Of a DNA stretch of 64,000 bases, positions 41,897-55,739 are shown piece by piece (the stretch's first letter is position 1; every line of letters begins with the position of its first letter). The stretch is taken from contig OZ024743.1 of the NCBI GenBank assembly GCA_964016885.1, positions 272,428,001 to 272,492,000 on the forward strand, read 5' to 3'. A program made the translations under genes and the position numbers. The notes under the pieces are model-generated. The model searched no databases, had not been told where the DNA came from, and saw only the letters and a list, made by a program, of their open reading frames with translations. This DNA is from Eledone cirrhosa. Lineage: Eukaryota.

Positions 41897-44800
41897 ATTT
41901 CTTTATTAACCACAAGGGTTTACATAAAGTAGACATTAAGGACAGTGCAGGACAATACAGAACGGTACAAATGGGCATTTCTGCGTGTAAAAAACAAAAA
42001 CAGAGGATGTAACAAAAAAATAACAATGAAAATTCCCCAATAGGGGGAGACTTCGGAGGGACATTTGTGGAGAAAGCCCAGAAAAAGGCCACAGCGACCC
42101 TGACCACCAAGGCAACAAGTGCCCTCTCCCAGTTTTCCACCTTTAATTTACAGATATATACTCAGAGTAGGCCCATTCACTCGGGCCATTCTTGCTTCTC
42201 TCACCCATCTTTCAACAAAATGCTGGGAAGAGAGCCCTTCCCTCTCTACTCTGATTTTCCTTTTCAAATGAAATTTGAAAAAGTCAATCAGAGCATCACC
42301 GAAGAGATAAGTGCTCGTCTTCAGCCCTTTCAAACGTGTCCACGATACTATCTCTTTCGCCATGGCCACCAGACAGATAAAAACTGCCTGCCCTTCCCGG
42401 CTAAAGAAGGAGAGCGGGGCAATCCTCACGATCGACTCAGATGATAGCCGGATCCGTCCTAGACGCGACAGCAGGTGTTCGACATAAACCCACAAGTCAG
42501 CAATTTTCGGACACTGGACGAGTGCGTGCAGGACGGTTTCGTCGCCCTGCGCGCATCTCGGACATTCCCGGCTGACGGCACCTCCATGCCTGTAGAGTTT
42601 ATCCCGAACTGGCAAGGCTCCTCGGTAGCACTGCCAGGCCAGAGATTTCTGGAAGTTGTCTATAGGCCCTGGCCCGAAAGTTCTTCCGAAGAGATTGGCT
42701 AGTTGATTTTCGTCGACGCCTAGAGTTTCCCCAAGTACGTCGTCGCTCTTCCCCTTCACTAATCCTCTATAGAACGCCGAGGTGGAGTTTCCACCGATCA
42801 CATTGCCCGATTGGTCGAGGGCTGTGAGCGCCTGAAGACATTCCAGTCTCCAGGCGCTCCCTCTCGGTCTTCGCTTGACCCAGGACTGCAGCTCCGTCAA
42901 GGAAACGAGCTGGGGAAATACGTGTCTAGCAAACGGCGACCACACCTGATCACCGTCGAGGAAGAGGTGGAGATGTCGTAGCCTGAGCGCGTGCCTGCGC
43001 ATCATCAGCCACGGCATGCCCAGCCCTCCACGTAGCGGGTGTTGACAACAGATGGACCGCCTGACCATCGGAGCGCGTCCCTTCCACAAAAAGCGAAAGA
43101 GCAAACGCTCCAGCGCAGTCAGGCGAGGCTTAGGACAAGGTACGACGGTCAGGCGGTAGCAGATGACAGACGCGATGTACGCGTTAGCCACCTCCGCTCG
43201 ACCTTTCAGGGATAGCTTCCTCTCCCCCCATTTCTGGGTGAGAGAAGCCACCCTGCTCGTCACCTCGTCCCAGTTTTTGTCCGTCTGGAGGTCCGGACCG
43301 AACCAGACCCCTAGCAATTTAACCGGTCCGTCCGCCCAGCGTCCGACAACGCTGTTGGACGGCATGGACCTGCCTCTCCAGGTGCCGAGCTGCAGGCCCA
43401 CTGACTTTTCCTGGTTGATCATTGCTCCTGTCACCGCTTCGTATTCTCTTAGTGTAGTGCCGATCGCCTCGATGTGTTTGGCGTTCGACACCACTACGGT
43501 GACATCGTCCACATATGCTGACACGGATCTTCCGCATCCTAGTTCGCGCGGGACGCCCCTCAACGTCTCCAGTTTGTGCAGTAATGGCTCGAGAGTCAAT
43601 ACGTACAAGAGGGACGAGAGGGGACATCCTTGGCGGACCGAGCGCATGATGTTGAACGGTTCCGACAGGTGACCGTTCACTCTCACCACAGAGCAGATGT
43701 CGCTGTGCATGGCAGCGATCCAGCCTCTGAAGACGGGCCCACAGCCGCCAGCCGCCCTCAGGACTGCCGCTAGGTAACGATGGTCGACCCCATCGAAAGC
43801 TTTCGACTGATCTAAATTGATCAAGGACCCACCCGTACCAGGTTCCCTAGCTACCCTCTCTACGATGTATCGCATGAGGTGGAGGTTGTCGTGGATGGAT
43901 CTGTCGGGAATGGCGCATGTCTGCGCCTCTCCCACCAGACCACCAACGACAAGCGCCATCCTCTTTGCTAGCACCTTGGCCAAAATCTTGAACTCTGTGT
44001 TTAGCAGAGTTATGGGCCTGAAATTATCTATGTTATCCCCCTTGTTCGGATCCTTTCTCAGCAATGCCACCGCTCCTCGGCTCACAGAACTGGGAATTCT
44101 CCCGTTCTGTTGCCAGTTGCAGTAGACGTCCGCCAAGAGGCCTCCGAACAAGTCTGGCATCTGTACGTAAAGTTCATAGGGCAGACCATCCAAACCAGGC
44201 GATTTACCCCTTGTGCAGCTAGTCATTGCCTCCCTTACTTCAGTGGCTGTTATCGGCTTTTCGCAACACTTTGCCTCAGTGGCCGAGAGCCGCGGCAGTC
44301 CGTCGAGGCAGACACTAAAGTCCATCCCTCGACCCGGCCCACCGCTGCCCCCGAACAGCTGAGCGAAGTGTCGCTGAAAAGCTTCACACATTTGCCCGGG
44401 ATCGAGTAGCATGCGCCCGTCGTGGTCCACCAAAGACCGGATCGTGGCTTTGTTTCCACGACGCGCCTCCGCCACTCGGGCCCATTGAACGGCTTTCGTC
44501 CCCTCGTGTCTGAGAGCACGCACCCTTGCTCTGATAACGCAGTCTTCGTGCTTTGTATTGAAGAATTGGTCAAGGGCCAATTTCGCCGCAAGCACGTCGG
44601 TCGCAATGCCTTTGCTAAGCGCCTCGTCTAATTTTCTAACTAGTTCTCCCTATGCTCTATTTTTCTCTATTGCTAAAGCCTTACTAAACCTAATCGATTC
44701 TATTCTAATCGCTCTTTTCAGAGCAAACCACCACTTGTTGTTGACGATGGCCCCCGTCAACGCCCGCTTAACTAGTTCGCTAATCCGGTCTCTGTAGGTC

Positions 44801-47687
44801 TTGCGCGCTGGCAAGGACGCGTTTAGCTTCCAGTAGCCGGGTCCTCGTCTATGAAGCCTATCTAAGTCAAGCACACAGATCACGAATTTGTGGTCCGTGT
44901 AGCTGACTATCTTGAATTGTGGACAGCCTATGCTAGACCTATCTATTTCCCTACAAAATACTCTATCTAGATATGATCTGGATGACCCTATGCGATTTGT
45001 CCAAGTCCACATTGGCACATTCGGGAAATCCAATCGGTACCTGTCAGACAGTTCAAAACGCCTGAGCACGTTGGTGAGGCTCTTGCACCCTCCACCCCCT
45101 ATCCGCTAATCCCACACAGTCCCAGCGTGCATCTAAGATCCCGTTCCAGTCGCCCACTAGCACTAAAGAGCGGGACGTTCCAAGAAAGGTCTCCAGACGC
45201 CGGAAGAAATCAGGCCGCCCTGCTCCTGTCGGGGCATAGACGGCCACTAGCCTGAAAGCTTGCCCGTCTCCGCTGGTCACGTCCAGCACCACCAACTTAC
45301 CCTCTGGGTCCAGGAAGATGGCCCGTATGGCGAGATCCAAACCTCTCCGGAAAAGCACAGCAACTCCACCCCCGATCCAGGACGGCTGGGAGATGCGTAC
45401 ACATCGTAGCCGCCGAAGATCGGTGCGAAGGCCCGTGCTTCGGAGATTCTGGTCTCGCTGATGGCCACTACATCTATGTTTAGTGACCTGAGGTCGTTGA
45501 GCAGGTGACCCTGCTTCCATGACGACCCCAAGCCACGCGCATTTATGCTGCTTATTCTGAGCGAGGTCATGTTTAAAATAGAGTGGAAAAGATGAGAAAG
45601 ACCACTTACCGTACTTTTCGTAGAGGAGGGATGGTTTTTCCATCCCTTTTCACTGAATCGTCCCTTCGGCTGGTCGTCGGCTCCTCTATGAGTATGTCCG
45701 AATATACTCTTCGGTTGATAGTTCCTCCTAGGTGTCTGAAATCACCAACTGCGTTGGGAAATTTCGTTTTAATGTTTGTGTATTGTTTCTGTGCTATTTT
45801 TAGCAGTCTTATGTTAGTTGGCGTTTTGATTGGTGATGGTATTATGTAGTCGTGTTGTGAAATGTCTGTGTGTTCAATTATGTAAGTCATTAGTTTCTTG
45901 TTGTGTGTATTTATTGCCGTGCATTTGTTTTTCTGGGGGTGGGGTGTGGTTCTGCTATTTTCTTGTCGTTGTTGCTGGGTGTGTGTGTTTTGTTGTTGTG
46001 TTTGCGATGTTGGTGCTTGTGGTGGTGGTGTTGAAGGTGTTGTTGGCGGTGGGGTTGTCGCCGGTGGTGATGGTGGTGCTAGTGTGTGTGGTGATGGTGT
46101 TGGTCGTGTTGCTGCTGTGAGTCTCTTTGCAGTAGACTTTACCCTTTTTTCATTTCTTTCCTCCCTTTTCAAAGGCGACGATGCGCTGCTTCTACGTTTG
46201 TGCCTTCTTACGACCTTTTGCCATCCCTCTCCCACCTCACACTCCATGTCTGATTCTGTGAGGTCGGGGAGTGGTACCAGCTCCACTCTTTCACTTGTTG
46301 TTGTTGGTGATGTTTGCACTGGAGTCTCTGTTGCAGCTGCATTTGGTATTGCTGTTGTTGTTGTTAATACTTCCACTGCTGCTGCTGTTTTTGATTTCCG
46401 TGGCGTGGATGGGTGCCACGGACCTATCGTTCCTGGTTGGTTTGGATTAACATCTCAAAGGAGGTGCCGACCCAATCTTCTCTTACTTTTTTCTGTACTT
46501 GCAGTACAGTTGTTTTGTCATCGATTCCGACGAGGAAAGACGGGGCCAGCCAAGAAGGGGCCATCCCGGGGGGGGGGGGGGGGGGGCGTGGGTCAGTTTG
46601 ACCCTCACAATTTTTGTCCCGCAGTAGGAGGGCACCAACACCATTTCCTCGCTCCTTAGGGTCACTACGGATTGAGCCTTTGCCTCCTGGAGTGTGGCAA
46701 AAAGTACGTCTATGGTGGCATATTTCTTCCCTCGGGTGATGTGCGTTTTCCGCTGCCACACAGACCCCAAGGCTTTTTGTATTTGAGCCTCTGTGGCTCT
46801 TTCAACCCTACGGGATTTTGTACTTACTGTACGGTACGTGACCGTACAGTGCTGTTGGGTTTCGAAAATTTTTTCCGCTGCCTTGCAGATTGGTCGGTGT
46901 CCAGTTTTTGTCACCATCTTCTTCGCTTCCTCTAATTCCTCATTTGTTATGAGGATTGTTTCCAGGTTCTTCGCAAACGAGATTGGTTTTTTTTGCTGCT
47001 GTTGTTGTTGTCGTCGTCAGAGCTGCTGTTACTTTTGTTGTTGCTGCAGGTACTACGACTACTGCCGCCGCCGCTGTTGCTGTGGTTGTTGTTGTTGTTG
47101 CTGCTGCTAATGCTGTTGTTGTTTATGCTGCTGCTGATGCTGTTCCGGCTGCTACTGTTGTTTTCATTGTCACTGTTGCTGTTGTAATTACGGCTGCTAC
47201 TGCTATTATTCCTGACGTCAGACGAATTAAATGGCTTTTCGTATTTCCCGCACACCTGTTTCGTCGTTGTCGTCGTCGTCGTGGAGAAACCTTGCACGCT
47301 TTGCACGAGACTTTTCTTTTCTGTCGTCGCTTGCGAAAGAGAAGGGAGGGAGAGAGACACATTTAAAGAAGAGAGGGAGAGAGACAATCTTCTCTCTGCT
47401 GTAGTGACGATTGAGGAAGAAGAAGACGGAATGAGTGGGAGTGACCTATGAAAATTCTTTTTCGTAGCCATGTTGTTTTTTTTGTTTAAAATAAATATTG
47501 GGCACAAAACCCCAATAAGCAGTTATTTAACCACGAAGGGCCAAATAACGGGCAGAAAGACCTCTCTCACGAGGAGGAGGGTGTTTTTGTCTACAAGTTG
47601 GTTAAAGTTTTAAACAATTTACAATTGTTATAGCGTTCAAAATTTACAATACCTTACAGAGCCGAGCCTCCGTCAACCATAGCATTC
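41897..47687 (-). mobile_element. Full-length Tx1-like LINE (ORF1, APE-RT ORF2)
   Basis: ORF1 pieces from about 47470 to 45606; ORF2 from 45570 (SINARGL, SETR, YAP, GDWN, DH); 3' aataaagaaat; (AAT)n on both sides. Confidence 0.92.
42148..44595 (-). CDS. Tx1-like ORF2 RT portion, 815 aa uninterrupted
   Basis: KSPGLDG, FRPITLLN, LDQSKAFD, RQGCPLS, YVDDV, CPRC..ETVLHALVQC. Confidence 0.9.
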   Translation of the reverse strand: MLAAKLALDQFFNTKHEDCVIRARVRALRHEGTKAVQWARVAEARRGNKATIRSLVDHDGRMLLDPGQMCEAFQRHFAQLFGGSGGPGRGMDFSVCLDGLPRLSATEAKCCEKPITATEVREAMTSCTRGKSPGLDGLPYELYVQMPDLFGGLLADVYCNWQQNGRIPSSVSRGAVALLRKDPNKGDNIDNFRPITLLNTEFKILAKVLAKRMALVVGGLVGEAQTCAIPDRSIHDNLHLMRYIVERVAREPGTGGSLINLDQSKAFDGVDHRYLAAVLRAAGGCGPVFRGWIAAMHSDICSVVRVNGHLSEPFNIMRSVRQGCPLSSLLYVLTLEPLLHKLETLRGVPRELGCGRSVSAYVDDVTVVVSNAKHIEAIGTTLREYEAVTGAMINQEKSVGLQLGTWRGRSMPSNSVVGRWADGPVKLLGVWFGPDLQTDKNWDEVTSRVASLTQKWGERKLSLKGRAEVANAYIASVICYRLTVVPCPKPRLTALERLLFRFLWKGRAPMVRRSICCQHPLRGGLGMPWLMMRRHALRLRHLHLFLDGDQVWSPFARHVFPQLVSLTELQSWVKRRPRGSAWRLECLQALTALDQSGNVIGGNSTSAFYRGLVKGKSDDVLGETLGVDENQLANLFGRTFGPGPIDNFQKSLAWQCYRGALPVRDKLYRHGGAVSRECPRCAQGDETVLHALVQCPKIADLWVYVEHLLSRLGRIRLSSESIVRIAPLSFFSREGQAVFICLVAMAKEIVSWTRLKGLKTSTYLFGDALIDFFKFHLKRKIRVEREGLSSQHFVERWVREARMARVNGPTLSIYL

Positions 47688-48737
47688 AATAATAATAATA
47701 ATAATAATAAGAAGAAGAAGAATAAGGGGAGAAGACGCACGTGGTGGTAGAAGGTCATGAAATCGCTCCCGTAAGTATTTGATTTTTAACATATTTAAAT
47801 CAATTGTGAAATAACAATTCTTAGTACAAATGATGCATAAATCACCGAATCAAGTCACATAAAAATTCGGATCCATAATATATTGTTATATCGCTCAAAT
47901 ATTCAATTTTGTATTATATATTTTATATTCAAAAAAGAAAATGGTTATAAGTGGAAGAAAACCCCCTCTTATAACACTATATAGAACAGCCAAATAACAG
48001 CAATTTCACCAAACTAGAAACTAGATACACCACCTACCCCATCACCCCGCTGTGTACACTAAATATAACAGCCAGATAACGGCAATTTCACCACCACCAC
48101 CACCAATCCCAGCATCATAATAATAATTACTATTATTATTGTCTCAAGTTTTAACAAAATGTTTAATTCCAATATTAAAAGAATATGTCAACACATATAT
48201 TAAACATACGCGACACAAACGCATAGATACTACAGATCAAACAAAACTAGTCTATTCGACAAAACTCAGTAATGACAACGCCACCGCCGCCACCACGCCA
48301 TCCATCATTGCTACCACTATCCCATCGCCGCCGCCGCCGCCACCACTCCTTCATTGCTACCACCACTATTCCCCTGTTAACATAAGAAAGGGGAAGGTGG
48401 CGGTATCACTAGACAAGGGAGAGGCTAGCAAAATATATAAATAGATTGACTTAGTGACCCGGCCACCGGCCAAACGTCAACAACTATGGCACTGCTGGCT
48501 CCCCCCTTCCCCACCAACAATATAAAAAGCCCCAGCACCACCACCGACATAGCCAACAACAATAACAGGCAACTTCAGCAAAAAGTATATTATATTATTG
48601 TAATGCACTGGGTGATTGCTGGCCTTGTGCCTGGAATGGAGACAATTATTAATAATTTCATTCTTAAGCCACGCAATGCTCACATTAAGGAACCACTCAT
48701 GATAATAACAATTTAAAAAAACAACAAAAAAGAAAAC

Positions 48738-51700
48738 CCCGTGACCAAGAAATACCGGGATGGCGGCCGGCGGGGAATAGCCGTGTCTCTAGGGGAGAAC
48801 AACCCCTCTAGTCTTGGTTGAAACTCGTTCTAGAAGTGGTAACACGAAATGATTACCCCTTGGCGGATAAGGATAAAACGCGACAAAATAAAGTAAATGT
48901 CTAATGATAAAATCTCATACCGGATCGGCCGTCACCCGGGTAAAAAAGGGTCGCGTCCCTCAGAGAGGAACCAGACTGGGGTCGAAAAATCAGCTAATGG
49001 TTCAAACCTTCCCATCACTTCGGAGCTGGAGACCTCCCATAACCGGAATACTCCTACTGTTGGCCCTCCATGCTCACCACCAAGAAATCCAAAAAAAAAG
49101 AGAGAAAAAAGGTCAAGGGAAGATAATAAAGAAGTCCTTGAGGCTTTTTACACTGCCATGTACTACCCATCAAATACATCGAATACAGAACAGACATATA
49201 TCAACTGGAAAAAGAAACATCCCGAAAACAGAGGCTATACTGACAGTAACAAACTAGCCAATATACGAAGAAATATTGTTAAAAAAAAGTTACTAACTGA
49301 TATAGAAATTGATCAGATCAAGCTATTAGCACAAAGTCAGCGAAGGGAAAATGAAACATGTGTCAGTGAAAACGAGGTAAATTGTAACACTTCGAATCCC
49401 AGGGTTGGGGCGGAATCACTGGCAATAGAACAAATTAAAGAAAGGATCGAAAAAGTGGAGGGAGTGCATGCTCAAGATGAAACTCCAAATGAAAATAATG
49501 AGATCGTAAATGATAAAGAAATGAATGAGAATGAACTTGCCAACTTGAAGGATGAAATTATGATCGAATGGATGAAAATTAAAGAATCTGACATGGGGCA
49601 ACGAGACACCCTCCCTAAGATCCAGAACTCCAAACAGAACCAAAAGATAATACACAAGACTAACATAATTCTCAAAAACATTATCATTACAAACAAACTA
49701 AACATTACTGATTTAAATCATCTCTATTATGCATCGGCTAAAGTCACCACTCACTTATGTGGAGTGAAGATGAAAAAACAAAGGAATTCCCACAAGAAAT
49801 CTACTTGGCAAGAGAACATCAATCGCCAAATAAACCTTCTCCGATCTGACATAGAAATTTTAACAAACTATAAAGTAGGTGAACATGTTAAACAAACTAA
49901 ACTTAGAAAATTGAAAAGAAAGTACAGTATAAAATCAACAAGTGACATAGACATGCTGATGGAAATAATCAAGCAAAAAGTGTCGGCCAAAGCTGCTCGT
50001 ATAAGGCGCTTTGAAAAACGATCTAGATTCTATAAGGACAATAATATGTTCAAAAACAACCAAAGAAACTTCTACAGAACAATTGGTAAGTCAACAATAA
50101 CTGCTAAATCAATACCACCCAAGGAGGAAGTGCAAGAATTCTGGGAAAAGATCTGGGCCGAAGAAAAATTTCATAACATACATGCCCCATGGATAGACAG
50201 ACAAATGAAAGATACAGCTCACCTTGAAGAACAAATATGGGAAAATATAACAGTTGAACAGTTGCGCTTGGCTCTAAGAAAAACCAGCAAATGGAAATCC
50301 CCAGGAAAAGACAAAATACCAAATTTTTGGATAAATGCCTTCACAGAGTCTCATGAGCTATTAGCCCAACTTTACAATGAAATAGTTAAGGAGCCAGAAA
50401 ACAAATGACCTATTTCCCATTGAGCAGAAAGGGTGTAAACGAGGCTCATATGGCTGTACAGATTATCATTTGGTTAACAAAATGATACTGGAAGATTGTC
50501 ATAATAGACACAAAAATCTATCAATAGATTATAAAAAAGCATTCGATAGTTTGCCACACAGTTGGATTGAAAAATGTTTAGAGATTTTCAAAATATCCCC
50601 CGTTGTCAGGAGGTTCCTGTCATTCAGTATCAAGACATGGAAAACGACACTCCTTTTGAATAGTGAAACAAAATCACTGGAAGCTGGAGAAGTTAATATT
50701 AATTGTGGAATTTTTCAGGGTGACTCTTTATCACCGCTTTTATTCTGCATCGCACTTATACCATTAAGTAAAATGCTCAGTGAAACAAAACATGGATATA
50801 AAGTCTATGACAAAACCATTAATCACTTGTTCTACATGGATGACCTGAAACTATTTGCAAAAAATGATAAACAATTGCAAGGGCTATTATCCACTGTGGA
50901 GCAGTTCAGTGATGACATTAAAATGGAGTTTGGACTAGATAAATGCGCCAAAGCAACGTTCAGCAGAGGAAAGCTCCTGAAGAGTTAGACATTGCGTTGA
51001 AAACTGCAACAATTTGATTATCTACATATCTAAGGGAATCACATGATTGGATGATCAAACTCGTTTTGAAACACGAAAGCATCAAAAGATCATACTCCAT
51101 TACAAAAGATGCACAAAGATACAGTAATGGACTACAAATTTCAGAAGTCCCATTTACTGCTGAAATGGAAAACACAGAAAAAGCAAAGCAGGTAAAAGTA
51201 ACTGCAAAGAAAGAACTGCTACAGAAACTGGCTAAGAAATAGCAAGAAAAGCCTCTGTATGGAAAATACCCAGAAAGAGCTAACAATCCTGATGTTGACA
51301 AAACTTTAACCCATCAGTGGTTGGCATCCTCTGGATTGAAATCAGAGACTGAAGGACTTATTATATCAGCACAAGATCAGTGTCAACAAAATATTAACAA
51401 GCCAACATAATAAAAATGGATGCAGCTCATTATGCCGTGTATGTAAAAAACAACCAGAGACCATTTATCATATAATTTTAATGAGCAGTCCTATAGCTCC
51501 AACCGAATACCTAAACAGGCATGACAGAGCTGCACAATACATACATTGGATAATGTGTAAGCATTTTGACCTGCCCCATCAAAAGAATTGGTGGGAGCAT
51601 CAACCACCTGCCATACTTGAAAAAGATCACATCTCAATCTTGTAGAACTTTAGCATCCAAACAGACCGAAAAATAGATGCAAATAAACCTGATATAATAC

Positions 51701-52141
51701 TGAAGGACTTTAAAAAGAGGGTATGCCTGCTAATTGATATGTCCGTTCTAATAGACAAGAATGTATCTATAAAAACATTTGAAAAATTGAGCAAGTATAA
51801 GGACCTGGAGGTAGAAATTGGAAAAATGTGGAAATTGAGAACTAAAACAATACCAGTGGTTGTAGGCGCTCTGGGAATGATACCTAAGGGGTCTAATGAT
51901 TACTTATCGCAAATCCCAGGAAACCCTTGTATAGGAGAAATACAAAAGATAGTACTAATGGGAACTGCCCATATACTAAGGAAGATTCTGTCAATATAAG
52001 TACATCACAAGTCTAAACACCTAAAGATGCATGTGTGTGTATGTATGTTCTTTCTTAAACATGGCGGACCTTGTTGTCTCTTGAGGTCACTGGTTGTGAC
52101 TTGGTGATAACTCGTATGAACATAAAGCAAGATAAATGCAA
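48738..52141 (+). mobile_element. Second-family R4/Dong-like element with internal deletions
   Basis: 503-aa ORF ending WKSPGKD; IDYKKAFD, GIFQGDSLSP, YMDDLKL; ends IPVVVGALG..ILRKILSI. Jumps at about 50405 and 50982; (AAT)n tail. Confidence 0.9.
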
Positions 52142-52160
52142 ATATAATAATAATAATAAT

Positions 52161-54904
52161 ACTGCTGGTGTTGGAGGAAGAAGAAGAAGGAAAGGGACCA
52201 GAACCAACTGGACGAAAGAATTGAATAGAACTGTTAGGCAATGTTACATGAAAAGTAACCCCAAGGGAAAAGGCTATAGGAAACGGGTGCATAACATCTG
52301 GAACGAGATTGGTCTATTTAAATTATATGAACAAAAATTGGTCGGGCAGGCTCGGGTAATAAGAACTAATAGGTGGATAAGCGAGCTGGAACTGGAGGAA
52401 CTCAGAAGAGAGATTAGGCTGGAAATGGAGAGTGGAGTATGCCAGGAAAACGAGCCAGTGGGAAATGAAGGTGAAGAGGTTGAGAGAACGGAGGAAGCAT
52501 CGGAAGCAGACAATGATCTGAATGCTGAAATAAATAATACCTGGAACAAAGATACGGCCATTGAGGAAATGAATGCTGACGGGCTAGGACAAGATTTGGT
52601 TGATATCCTGAACTTAGTGGTAGATGAAATGAACAATGATAGTGGGAAACCTATGAACCTATGATTTGTAGACAGGAAAAAGTTAAAAGAAACAACAGCT
52701 AAGGTAAACAAAGTCATCCCATACCTTGAGGCGAGGAAACCTTCACCAGTGCAACAATATCCTCAAAGCAACAGCAAATGCGGTGAGGAAATTACTTGGC
52801 ATAAAAGCGAAAGGAAACAACAAACAAGAAAGATCAGAACCTTGGTGGAAGAAACGACTGAATGGTCAAATCAGGGAAATGAGAAATGACATTGGAAAGC
52901 TTGAGTCCCTACTGAATGGGACACTACAAAACATAGACACTAAAATAGACTGGAAATAAAGTACAAAACTAGGAGGAAAAGGCCAAATATTATCATAGAG
53001 GAACTGAAGCAACGCATTGTAGCAAAGAGCGCAAAGATTAGACGATACGAGAGCAGAGTCAGTCAGTATAGACAGAACCGCATGTTTGACAACAACCAGA
53101 AGATGTTGTTTGGACAGCTTGAAGGGAAAGAAAGAGGCAACGACTTGATCCCTGAGGCGGAACATACTAAGACATTCTGGAGAGGAATATGGGAGCAGGA
53201 TGTTAAACATAATGATCAGGCAGTGTGGATTGAGACAGTACAAAGGAGATTAGTGAACAGGCACACCAACAAACTGATTTGAGTATCACAGTTGAAATTC
53301 TTAAGGGGCAGTCCAGAAAACTAACCAACTGGAAATCACCAGGCCCATATGGTGTGCAGGGGTATTGGATTAACAATATAACATCCCTCCACCCGAAACT
53401 GACAACCATGTTCAATGACTGCCTGATGTCAGGTGAGGTACCAGAGTGGTTGACAAAAGGTACCACAGTTCTGGTAATGAAAGACCGAATCAAGGGTAAT
53501 GATGTTACCAACTATAGACCTATTACATGTCTGTCCGTAATGTGGAAACTGTTGACAAGCATTGTGTCTGAGGAAATCTACCATCACCTCCACATAAACA
53601 ACTTGTTACCGGACGAACAGAAAGGGTGCCGAAAGAAGTCCTGTGGTACAAAGGACCAGTTACTTATTGATAAGATGGTGATGAGGAATTACAAGAGGAG
53701 ACACACTGGTCTTGCCATGGGATGGATAGACTACAAAAAAGCATTCGACATGGTAACTCATTCTTGGATAACCAAAAGCCGAGAGATCTTCAAGGTGGCA
53801 GATAACATCTGACAGTTGTGAGCAAAAGTATGAAGTCCTGGAAAACAGAGTTAACATCGGGTGGAGAACCTTGGCAGGCGTGAAGATCAAGAGAGGTATC
53901 TTCCAGGGAGATAGTTTGTCCCCTCTGTTGTTTGTCCTTGCCCTGATCCCCCTGACCATTATACTGCGAAAAGTGAGAGCAGGATACAAGTTGAGAAAGG
54001 GAGAGCTAACCATCAATCACCTCCTCTTCATGGACGATCTTAAGCTCTTCGGGAAGAGTGAGAAGGAGTTGGATGTGCTTGCTGACACTGTCCGTATTTT
54101 CAGCAATAATATATGTATGCAATTTGGTATTAGTAAGTGTGGAGTCCTAGTGATGAAGAGGGGTAAATTGAGCAGAAGCAACGGAATCCAGGTACCAACA
54201 GGTGAGATCATAGAGGAAATTGACACTGAAGAAGGATACAAATATTTAGATGTTCTGGAGGCAGATGACATCAAGAACAAAAAAATGAAGGAATTTATAA
54301 GATCTGAGTAGATCCGGAGAGTAAGGAGCGTATTAAAATCACATCTGAACAGTAGGAATGCTATAAGTGCAGTAAATTCCCGAGCTGTGTCTATTATTAG
54401 GTACAGTGCGGGAATTCTGAGATGGAATGTTGCTGAACAAAAAGAAATGGATAGGAAGACTAGGAAGCTATTGACTATCTACACCATGTTCCACAAGAGG
54501 AGTGATGTCGATAGACTCTACTTAAGGAGATCTGAAGGTGGAAGAGGTCTTATCAGTACTGAGGACTGTGTTCAGATGGAGAAAAACAACCTACACAAAT
54601 ACGTGACTGATATTAGGGAGCCAATGCTCAGAATTGTACTGAAGGAGAGGACAATAAACTAGGGGATGTCCAAGGATGAAATAACAACAAGGAGGAAGAG
54701 CAACCTTCATGAAAAATCCCTTCATAGTACCTTCTTTGAGAAAACTGAATTTAGAGATCCACAAACATGGAACTGGTTGAAAAGAGGAGACCTTAAAAAG
54801 GCTATAGAAGGAATGCTAATGGCTGCGCAAGAGCAGGCCCTGAAAACGAAGTGGGTGAAACATCATATTTACAAGGAGGAGGCTAGCCCACTGTGTAGGA
54901 TCTG

Positions 54905-54984
<80 letters not shown>

Positions 54985-55570
54985 GAGACTGTGGCTCACA
55001 TTGTATCCGAGTGTAAACACCTAGCCCAAACTGGAGACATGATGTGATGGGCAGGGTGATCCACTGGCACCTATGCAAAGTAAACAATTTACCACATTCT
55101 GAGAAGTGGTATGAGCATAAGCCAGAGTCGGTGATAGAAAACGATCATGTGAAGGTGCTGTGGGATTTTAGGATACAGAGGAACACAATAGACCTGACCT
55201 GGTGGTTTTGGACAAGGAAAAAAGATCGTGTATGTAGCCTGCCCATTCGACACGACAGTGCAAGAGAAGGAGAGGGAGAAATTAACCGATATCAGGTCTT
55301 AAAGTGGGAGGTAAAAAGGATTTGGAACTGCCATGAAGTCAAAGTGGTCCCGATTGTCATAGGCGCACTAGGTACTATCTCAAACAGTTTCCAAGGATAG
55401 TTAAAGAAAATTAGTCCCGCCCCGCTTTTTGGAACACTTCAAAAGGCATGCTTGCTGGGAACAGCAAGAAACCTCCGATACGTCCTGAATATCTGAGGCT
55501 GCAGGTAGTGACTTGATATTCATTTCAACAAAATTTCCAGTTAAATAACATCAATAACTGAGACTCAAAG
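52161..55570 (+). mobile_element. R4/Dong-like element, same family as 38238-41868, slightly 5'-truncated
   Basis: Colinear high identity with about 38485-41868; (AAT)n on both sides. Confidence 0.92.
54907..54983. repeat. (GA)n expansion inside the Dong zinc-knuckle coding region
   Basis: The paralogous site at about 41229 has only a short GA run. Confidence 0.95.
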
Positions 55571-55610
55571 AACAATAATAATAACAATAAATAATAATAA
55601 TAATAATAAA

Positions 55611-55739
55611 GAAAAAGCAAAACAGTTAAAAGTAACTGCAAAGAAAGAAATGCTACAGGAACTGGCTAAGAAATGGCAAGAAAAGCCTCTGTATGGAAAA
55701 TACCCAGAAAGAGCTAACAATGCTGATGTCGACAAAACT
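55611..55739 (+). mobile_element. Internal fragment of the second Dong family
   Basis: Matches about 51177-51305. Confidence 0.85.

Noticed and set aside
42067-47366. Plus-strand ORFs overlapping the Tx1 element
   Set aside because: Antisense shadows of GC-rich coding sequence and triplet repeats.
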